This document shows positions 25,577 to 32,000 of a stretch of DNA of 32,000 nucleotides, in pieces (position 1 is the first letter of the stretch; every line of letters begins with the position of its first letter). This DNA is from an uncultured Alphaproteobacteria bacterium. Lineage in GTDB: Bacteria; Electryoneota; RPQS01. Made by a program: the position numbers and the translations under genes. A model generated the notes under the pieces. The model did not search any database and was not told the DNA's origin. It was given only the letters and a program-made list of their open reading frames with translations. The stretch is taken from the NCBI GenBank assembly GCA_964406405.1, contig CAYORN010000003.1:146689-178688 (forward strand), given 5' to 3'.

Positions 25577-26224
25577 CTATCCTTGTGGCGAACTTCGTAC
25601 AGATGTTGGTTCCTCTGGCACAAAATCAATCGCTCTCCCAAAAACAGTCTCTCGGTAATCTCGACTCTTCTGCCACAACAATCTAAAGTCATCTCCAGAG
25701 ATCACGTCTATCTTCGAGATAAAGTACTTCGTGTACTCATAATTAACCGTCGAGGTTTCGAGGATGCCGAATGTCATAGGCTTGGCCTCTATTGTGACAA
25801 ATACCGGCTCCGAATCCTCACCCACAAAGTACCTTCCTGCAATCATGATAGTGCCGCTCTCATCCTTGATGGACCATGGAGCAGTCATGAGTAAATCTGC
25901 TATGGCCACTCCGCACCGTGCGAACTGCTTGATTTCTGCCTTTGCCCATCTTGGATTCCAAACGTTAAGCGCAAAGTCTCGAAAAGCTTGGTCATACAGA
26001 GAACTGCTCTCAAAGGGATCTCCCCATGGTGGTTTCTTCCACTTTTCGCGTACTTCCGTATACTTTTCAGTTGTTTCAAATTCTGCTTCCGCTTCCCGTA
26101 GGACACTCTCTCTTCGCTGGTTCCTTGCAACATTTTCGCGAAGGTTCTTTCCTGTCGGATAGTAGGAATAATTCAAACTGACCGGATACCTCTGACCGGG
26201 CGAATAAAACTCGTGATTCTCCAC
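25577..26224 (-). CDS. Hypothetical protein (215 aa), lower GC
   Basis: A long ORF on the same strand as its neighbours. It overlaps the end of the upstream lipoprotein gene by 52 nt. I recognise no domain. Confidence 0.55.
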   Translation of the reverse strand: MENHEFYSPGQRYPVSLNYSYYPTGKNLRENVARNQRRESVLREAEAEFETTEKYTEVREKWKKPPWGDPFESSSLYDQAFRDFALNVWNPRWAKAEIKQFARCGVAIADLLMTAPWSIKDESGTIMIAGRYFVGEDSEPVFVTIEAKPMTFGILETSTVNYEYTKYFISKIDVISGDDFRLLWQKSRDYRETVFGRAIDFVPEEPTSVRSSPQG

Positions 26225-26949
26225 GAAATTCGACCAAAATCTGTCGAAATCTTCATCCGAACTGATGGAACGCTGACGGCAGGATAGTCAAGCGCTGGCA
26301 GATACCATAAAACCTCACGAATCATCTGATTGCTGGCGATTCGGATGTCGTCACTTGACAGAGGTGCCCGAATATCGCCTCGCCAAAGCTGTGTCGTTCC
26401 TGCGCGGTCGAAAATCTCAACGGTTATCTCGCCATCATAAATCGGTATCGTTTCCTGAATCGAACGCGTGCTCCAAGCGGTAACAGCTAACCCCGCAGTC
26501 TGCCATGTGGAAGAGCCAAGTCGGTAGTTCTCAAAGTATACACCGCTGCTCAATCCACCGGAAATGCCATAAGCCAGCGTGTTTGTGCTAACGATCTTCT
26601 CTTCTTTCACGCCAAAATACACCCGCACGGTGGCACTGTAATTTGAACTGTCGAATTCATAGCCCTTTCGGTTGAAACAGTCACGGATTTGCCTCAGCAA
26701 GTATCTTTCAAGGATTTGGTTGCTTGCTGTATCAGACTTTCCAGTCTCCCGCAGCTCGAGATTGAGTGCTTTGTTTGCCCGCCAGTCTATGCCAGGCGAC
26801 TCGTAGATCTTCGCGTTCAGCGGCGGGATAGGCTGAGGCTTGAATTCGACCACTTTCTTTGGTGGAGCGCACGACAGCACGCAGATTACGGCGACAAATA
26901 GCGGCATTGCGCGAAATGACTTGTAACGGTCGTTCACTTTGGCTTGCAT
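26173..26949 (-). CDS. Lipoprotein, DUF4136-like
   Basis: GGGAAGG lies 6 nt upstream of ATG 26949. The signal peptide with lipobox is ...MPLFVAVICVLSC. The C-terminal ITVEIFDRAGTTQLWRGDIRAPLS resembles the DUF4136 pattern. Confidence 0.75.
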   Translation of the reverse strand: MQAKVNDRYKSFRAMPLFVAVICVLSCAPPKKVVEFKPQPIPPLNAKIYESPGIDWRANKALNLELRETGKSDTASNQILERYLLRQIRDCFNRKGYEFDSSNYSATVRVYFGVKEEKIVSTNTLAYGISGGLSSGVYFENYRLGSSTWQTAGLAVTAWSTRSIQETIPIYDGEITVEIFDRAGTTQLWRGDIRAPLSSDDIRIASNQMIREVLWYLPALDYPAVSVPSVRMKISTDFGRISWRITSFIRPVRGIRSV

Positions 26950-27285
26950 GATTACCTTCCCTAAGTGCTGGTAGCCATTCTACTCATTACGGTTCCGGCA
27001 TCGGCACGTGCCTTCATGTGCCCCGCACTTTCACACTTGTCATTTTGAAGCCTGCGTCTTCGTCTTCGCAGATGAAGAATCTTATGTTTTGGCTAATACA
27101 AGAAAACACAAGATCCTTCCCGCAGACGGTCAGGATGACAAACTGACTGACTACTCTCAACCCCCGTTCGAGGCACCCCAGCCTCTCTTTTCATTATCCC
27201 TGACCCATCATCTTCCCGTAACTCCAATCGCAATCTCGCCCAACTTCAATCCCATTCATAATTTGAACAAAATATCAAATAACTC

Positions 27286-27314
27286 TTGACAAACGGAACT
27301 CAAAGCCTTATATT
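27286..27314 (+). promoter_or_regulatory. Near-consensus sigma-70 promoter with no obvious downstream gene
   Basis: TTGACA (27286-27291), a 17-nt spacer, then TATATT (27309-27314). It points into an AT-rich region of about 300 nt that is poor in ORFs and lies antisense to the end of the kinase gene. Confidence 0.45.
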
Positions 27315-27444
27315 GTAGTCCAACAATACAGACGCCGTGTTCTTTTACATTCAATGGTTGTCAGCCACATCAAAACTCAGCCCATTTCAAGTTTTGAGTA
27401 CCGATTTTCAAGTTTCCCTCACTTTTTTCCCGCGTTTTCGGCCC

Positions 27445-27472
27445 ATTTTCAATTTTCTATTTTCAATTTTCT
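27445..27472. repeat. Perfect 14-nt tandem duplication (attttcaattttct x2)
   Basis: Read directly: units at 27445-27458 and 27459-27472. Related strings GCCCATTT(T)C occur three times between about 27380 and 27495, and gattttcgattttcaattt occurs near 23287. Confidence 0.8.
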
Positions 27473-27633
27473 ATTTGACTTAAGCCCATTTCGTTCCGCC
27501 AAATTTAATATTTCTTTCAATCTACCACGCAATTCCTTTATTTGCAAATCAACCGGGCGATGCAATCAGCCCCTACAACCCGATTCTCCCTTTCTCCATA
27601 TTGTGAGGAAAGGGCCGGGGATAGGGGTCGGAA

Positions 27634-29397
27634 TCATCCTTTCGGCAACGTCACCTGTACTTCCGTCCCCGTATTTCCCTCACTCTTCACGACGATCTGC
27701 CCGCCGTGCGCTTCCACGATTTTCTTGGCATTCGGGAGGCCGAGGCCGGTGCCATGCTTGCGCGTGGTAAAGAAGGGTTCGAAAATGTGCTTCAGGTTGT
27801 CTGCTGAAATGCCTTGACCGGTATCGGAAACGGAAAGCAGAACGTCACTATTTTCATCACGCGAAACAATCGTAATCGTGCCGCCCTCGGGCATGGCTTG
27901 GCGCGCGTTCAGGAGCAAATTGATCAGCACGCGCTCCATTTTCTCCGGGTCCACATTGATCGTGCGTGCAGGATTCTCAATTAGCTTTTCAATGCTTGCG
28001 CCGCCGAGATCAAGCTGCCGGAGCGCACCGGAAATTAGCTCGCTCACGGTGACGGATTTCTTGTGCAGCGGGACCGGCTTAGAATAATCCAGCAGCTCTT
28101 TCAGCATTGCTTCCAGCCGCTCCATCTGCGCGTTGGCCAGTTCGAAATGCTCGGCGATCACCGGGCTTGTGTCGCACTTGTGTTCCAGAATCCGCATGTT
28201 CATCTTGATTGCGGAAAGCGGATTGCGAATCTCGTGCACGACGCTCGCCACCAGTTCGCCGATCGCCGCGAGCCGCTCCGACTGCACGAGCTGTCGTTGC
28301 GAATCGCGAAGTGACGTGACCATGCGATTGAACCGCTCGGCCAGTTCGCCGACCTCATCATGCAATTTCACCGCGACGCGGCGATCCAAATCGCCCTGCG
28401 ACACGGCTAAACTGGCGTCGGCAAGGCGGCGAATCGGCAGGCTGATCGAGCGCGAGACCCACGCCACCACAATCAGAATCGCGCCGAGCGTGAGCAGCGC
28501 AACGATAATCGCATTTCGCCGTAACATAGCGAGCGGCGCAAACGCTTCATCCGCGTCCATCTCCGCGATCAGCGCCCACTTTTGCTCCGGCATGTATTCC
28601 CACGCGCCCATCACCTTCTGTCCTTCAAAGCCCTCGTACACACTCGGCCCTTCTTTCCCCGCGAGCGCAGCGCGGATGCCCTCGGAGTCCATTGTGTGCG
28701 TGAGTGGATCGGGATGATGCATGAATCGCGACGGCGTGAGCATCACCTTGGCGGTATCCACCAAATAGGCTTGCCCGGTCGTGCCTAATCCGGTCGTGTC
28801 GAGAATCACCGGATTCAACGTATGCGCGAGCGCGAGCGTGGCCACGAGCACTGCCAGCGGCTGGCCTTTGGAGTCGCGGATGGCCGCCGCGATGTGCATG
28901 CCGGGACCGAGACCGCGCTGCAAATAAATCGAACTCATCACGGGAACATCGGAACGCAAGGCACTTTGAAAAAGCGGCGCACGGTCGTTCTCGTCGAGCC
29001 GGTAGGGCGTCCCGCTGTGCGTTTGCGCGAGCGCATGGCCCGCCAGATCGTAAATGCACATGAAGACATACGCCGGCGACTGCGCCTGATACGCATCCAG
29101 CACCTCGGTCACCTCGGAATAGCGCTCGACCTTATTCGTTTGCAGATAGGCGCGCACGCTCCAGACAAGCTGCGGGTTCGTGGCGAGTTCCTTGAGATCG
29201 TTCTGCCGCTCGCGGAACCACTGCTCGATGGCGCGGCGTTTGGACTCGGCAATCGCCTGCATGTGGAGGAAGACCTCGCGCTCGACGGCGCGCTTGGCAA
29301 AATAGTAGCCCTGATAGCCCATGAAGATCAGGGGTATCAGGGCCACCAGCAAGAACCACCGGAGGAGGCGGGATCCGATGCGACCGAAGAGGTTCAT
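27634..29397 (-). CDS. Sensor histidine kinase (TM - Cache-like periplasmic domain - TM - HAMP - HisKA - HATPase_c)
   Basis: TM segments LLRWFLLVALIPLIFMGY and AIIVALLTLGAILIVVAWV. HAMP: PIRRLADASLAVSQGDLDRRV...VGELAERFNRMV. H-box VVHEIRNPLSAI, N-box NLLLNARQA, G-boxes DTGQGI and GTGLGL. The start is 9 nt after the RND gene stop. Confidence 0.9.
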   Translation of the reverse strand: MNLFGRIGSRLLRWFLLVALIPLIFMGYQGYYFAKRAVEREVFLHMQAIAESKRRAIEQWFRERQNDLKELATNPQLVWSVRAYLQTNKVERYSEVTEVLDAYQAQSPAYVFMCIYDLAGHALAQTHSGTPYRLDENDRAPLFQSALRSDVPVMSSIYLQRGLGPGMHIAAAIRDSKGQPLAVLVATLALAHTLNPVILDTTGLGTTGQAYLVDTAKVMLTPSRFMHHPDPLTHTMDSEGIRAALAGKEGPSVYEGFEGQKVMGAWEYMPEQKWALIAEMDADEAFAPLAMLRRNAIIVALLTLGAILIVVAWVSRSISLPIRRLADASLAVSQGDLDRRVAVKLHDEVGELAERFNRMVTSLRDSQRQLVQSERLAAIGELVASVVHEIRNPLSAIKMNMRILEHKCDTSPVIAEHFELANAQMERLEAMLKELLDYSKPVPLHKKSVTVSELISGALRQLDLGGASIEKLIENPARTINVDPEKMERVLINLLLNARQAMPEGGTITIVSRDENSDVLLSVSDTGQGISADNLKHIFEPFFTTRKHGTGLGLPNAKKIVEAHGGQIVVKSEGNTGTEVQVTLPKG

Positions 29398-29406
29398 AGC
29401 GACAAT

Positions 29407-32000
29407 TTACAAAGCCGCGTCCCCATTGTCAAGTTGACGATTCTGCCGCAGGTAGAGGACGGGCAGCACGATCAGGGTGAGCAGCGTGGAGGTCAGGATG
29501 CCGCCGATGACCACGGTAGCGAGCGGCTGCTGGACTTCCGCGCCGACACCGCGGGAAAGCGCCATCGGGACAAAGCCAAACGCGGCAACGAGCGCGGTCA
29601 TTAACACAGGGCGCAAACGCTGCGCTCCGGCCTCATTGACAGCCACGGACAGCGACATGCCTTGCGCGCGCAATTGGCGGATGGACGAGACAAGGACGAG
29701 GCCGTTCAACACAGCGATTCCCGAGAGAGCGATGAATCCCACGGCAGCGGAGATCGTGAACGGCATGCCGCGCAGCGCGAGCGCAAAGACTCCGCCGACG
29801 GCCGCGAGCGGAACGCCGGTGAAAATCAGCACCGCGTCACGCCAGCTCTTGAAGGTCCAGTAGAGCAGCGCGAGAATCAGGATCATGGCCAACGGCACGA
29901 CGAGCAGCAGACGCATTCGCGCACGTTCGAGATGCTCGAATTGGCCGCCGTAGCGGATGTAGTAGCCCGGCTCGAGCGAAATTTGTTTGGAGATTTGCTC
30001 GCGAATATCGTTGACGAATGAGCCGACGTCGCGGCCGCGGACATTGCATTGCACGGTGATGCGGCGCTTGCCCCATTCGCGCGAAATCGTGGACGGGCCT
30101 TCGGTCTGCGTCAGGCGTGCGACCTGCGTAAGCGGAATCAACTCACCGGCGGCACTGGGGAGGAGAATGCGATCGAGATCTTCGGGAGTGGCGGTGTAGC
30201 GCGGGGAAAGTTTCGTGACGAGATCGAAACGACGTTCGCCTTCGCGCACTTCGCCGACGGTGACTCCGCCGATGGACTGAATCGCTTCCAGCACGTCGCC
30301 CGAGGTGAGCGAATAACGGCCAAGACGCGCGCGGTCCACTTCGAGCTGTATCATCGGCTGACCGGTAATCTGTTCGGTCGTGACGTCCGCCGCGCCGACG
30401 GTGGAATTGACGATGGTCTCGACTTCGTGCGCTTTCTGTTTCAGCACTTCGATATCGTCGCCGAAGATTTTGACGCCGAGATCGGCGCGGATGCCGGCGG
30501 TCATTTCGGCCAGACGCATTTCAATCGGCTGGGTGAAGACGAGATTCATGCCGGGCAGATCGGACAGCTCCTGGTCCATCAGCGCGACGAGCTCCGCTTG
30601 CGACTTGGCTTGCTTCCACTTGGCGCGCGGGTGCAGCGTCATGAAGACATCCGTGAGTTCGATGCCCATCGGATCGGTGGCGAGTTCGGGCGTGCCGGTG
30701 CGGCTCCAGACTTCGGCCACTTCGTCCGGGAATTTCTCGAGCAGGATTTTCTCGATGCGCGTGCCGTTGTCGAGCGACTGGTCGAGCGAAATTCCGGCGA
30801 GGCGGATGACATTGATAACAATCGAGCCTTCGCTCAATTTTGGAATGAACTCGGAACCGAGGCGAAGGAAGATGACGAGCGCGAGCACCACCAGCAGAGC
30901 GGAGGACGTGAGCATGAGTTTGGCGTGGCGCAGGCTCCATGTAAGCGTCGGACGGTAGAAGCGGCGGAGACGCTCGACGAAGCGCGGCTCTTCACGATGT
31001 TTGGCTTTGTGCAGAAACATCGCGGCCAGGGCAGGGAGGACGGTAAAGGAGAGCAGCAGCGATCCGCCGAGCACGAAGATGACGGTGAGCGCCATCGGGC
31101 GGAACATCTTGCCTTCCACGCCCTGCAGGGTGAGAATCGGCAGATAGACGAGCATGATAATCAGCTCGCCGAAGAGCGTGGGCTTGCGCACTTCCCAGAT
31201 CGCGTCACGAATGATCTCCAGACGCGAGCGAGTGCCTTCGCCGAGCCGGCGCATGATGTTCTCGATTTGAATCACGGCGTTGTCCACGGCAAGGCCGAAG
31301 TCAATGGCGCCGAGGCTCATCAGACTGCCGGCGATGCCGACTTGCTGCATGAGATTGAAGGCGAAAAGCATCGAGAGCGGAATCGCCGACGCGACGATCA
31401 ATCCCGCGCGCAGATTGCCGAGAAAGATGAAGAGCACGGCCATGACAAGCACCGCGCCGAAAACAAGGTTGTGTTCAACGGTGTCGAGGACCTGCTCGAC
31501 GAGATGCGTGCGGTCGTAAACCGTGTGCGCCGTCACGCCTTTGGGAAGCGAGGCTTGCGCAAGTTCGAGCTGCCGGCTCAGATCCTGCGCGATACGGTGC
31601 GGATTTTCGCCCGTGAGCATGAAGCCAAGCCCAAGCACCGCTTCGCCTTTGCCGCCGTACGTTGCCGCGGCATTTCGCAACTCATGGCCGATGGCGACGT
31701 GGCCGATGTCGGCGACGCGAATCGGCGTGCCATCGCGGGAGGCAATAACCATGTGCTCGACGTCGGTCGTGTTCTTGAGCGCGCCGACGCCCTGAATGAC
31801 GAAGCGTTCGCCGGCCCGTTCCGCATAGCCGCCGCCGACGTTGCTGTTGCCGCGACGCAAAGCTTCAAGAGCCTCCGAAAGCGGAATTCCCAACGCGGCG
31901 AGGCGCTGCAAATCGAGGTAAACGTGGAACTGGCGCTCATAGCCGCCCCAGCTATTCACCTCGACAACGCCGGGCACGGCCTGCAACTGCGGTTTGATGA
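29407..32000 (-). CDS. RND efflux permease, CzcA/CusA (heavy-metal efflux) family; the N-terminus lies outside the window
   Basis: The frame stays open to the window edge (..IKPQLQAVPGVVEVNSWGGYERQFHVYLD..). The 'M' at 31986 in the track is a TTG-encoded Leu. About 860 aa of typical CzcA-like sequence are visible, with multiple TM segments. Confidence 0.92.
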   Translation of the reverse strand, partial: IKPQLQAVPGVVEVNSWGGYERQFHVYLDLQRLAALGIPLSEALEALRRGNSNVGGGYAERAGERFVIQGVGALKNTTDVEHMVIASRDGTPIRVADIGHVAIGHELRNAAATYGGKGEAVLGLGFMLTGENPHRIAQDLSRQLELAQASLPKGVTAHTVYDRTHLVEQVLDTVEHNLVFGAVLVMAVLFIFLGNLRAGLIVASAIPLSMLFAFNLMQQVGIAGSLMSLGAIDFGLAVDNAVIQIENIMRRLGEGTRSRLEIIRDAIWEVRKPTLFGELIIMLVYLPILTLQGVEGKMFRPMALTVIFVLGGSLLLSFTVLPALAAMFLHKAKHREEPRFVERLRRFYRPTLTWSLRHAKLMLTSSALLVVLALVIFLRLGSEFIPKLSEGSIVINVIRLAGISLDQSLDNGTRIEKILLEKFPDEVAEVWSRTGTPELATDPMGIELTDVFMTLHPRAKWKQAKSQAELVALMDQELSDLPGMNLVFTQPIEMRLAEMTAGIRADLGVKIFGDDIEVLKQKAHEVETIVNSTVGAADVTTEQITGQPMIQLEVDRARLGRYSLTSGDVLEAIQSIGGVTVGEVREGERRFDLVTKLSPRYTATPEDLDRILLPSAAGELIPLTQVARLTQTEGPSTISREWGKRRITVQCNVRGRDVGSFVNDIREQISKQISLEPGYYIRYGGQFEHLERARMRLLLVVPLAMILILALLYWTFKSWRDAVLIFTGVPLAAVGGVFALALRGMPFTISAAVGFIALSGIAVLNGLVLVSSIRQLRAQGMSLSVAVNEAGAQRLRPVLMTALVAAFGFVPMALSRGVGAEVQQPLATVVIGGILTSTLLTLIVLPVLYLRQNRQLDNGDAAL

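Noticed and set aside
27008-27770. Plus-strand ORFs 27008..27289 and 27354..27770
   Set aside because: They translate AT-rich repeat sequence into low-complexity, Phe/Ser/Pro-rich peptides. The second runs antisense into the kinase gene.
28063-31940. Long antisense or off-frame ORFs within the kinase and RND genes (for example 28133..28717, 28822..29604, 30380..30958)
   Set aside because: They are high-GC off-frame artefacts. The minus-strand frames carry unmistakable HisKA/HATPase and CzcA-like sequence.

Overview
The window has two conserved, GC-rich flanks with an accessory island of about 18.8 kb between them. Left flank (1-3.0 kb): a heterodisulfide-reductase-like operon. It holds a CCG-domain subunit fragment, an HdrA-MvhD fusion, and a small zinc-ribbon ORF. 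The HdrA-MvhD fusion is a selenoprotein: the ORF track splits it at an in-frame UGA that is followed by a SECIS-like hairpin. Right flank (22.4-32 kb), all on the minus strand: tRNA-Lys(CUU), a secreted protein with two YHS/TRASH-like Cys domains, a sigma-54-dependent NtrC-family response regulator, a DinB-family protein, a lower-GC pair (hypothetical protein plus DUF4136-like lipoprotein), a Cache/HAMP sensor histidine kinase, and a partial CzcA/CusA-type RND pump. The island (about 3431-22391) is bounded by a direct repeat of the 3' half of tRNA-Lys, looks more AT-rich by eye, and has no recognisable integrase. Its minus strand is packed with conflict-system modules: a degenerate receiver protein, a TIR-TM protein, a decayed SLOG + deoxyribosyltransferase-like gene, a membrane-anchored TIR protein, a SLOG-SLATT (4TM) protein tightly coupled to a DUF4062-STAND-TPR NTPase, a PfkB-like-AAA+-RyR protein, and a TIR-NB-ARC-TPR protein. 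A PspC-domain protein and four small plus-strand hypothetical genes complete the island. I cannot match this combination to a named defence system. The best candidate for something new is the module TIR / SLOG-SLATT / DUF4062-STAND-TPR, possibly with the AAA+-RyR protein. I read it as a Thoeris-like nucleotide-signalling system with a membrane effector. A roughly 26-nt motif recurs in several 5' leaders of island genes, including an 82-bp tandem array, and may be a shared cis-regulatory element. All domain calls come from motif recognition by eye; no searches were run.
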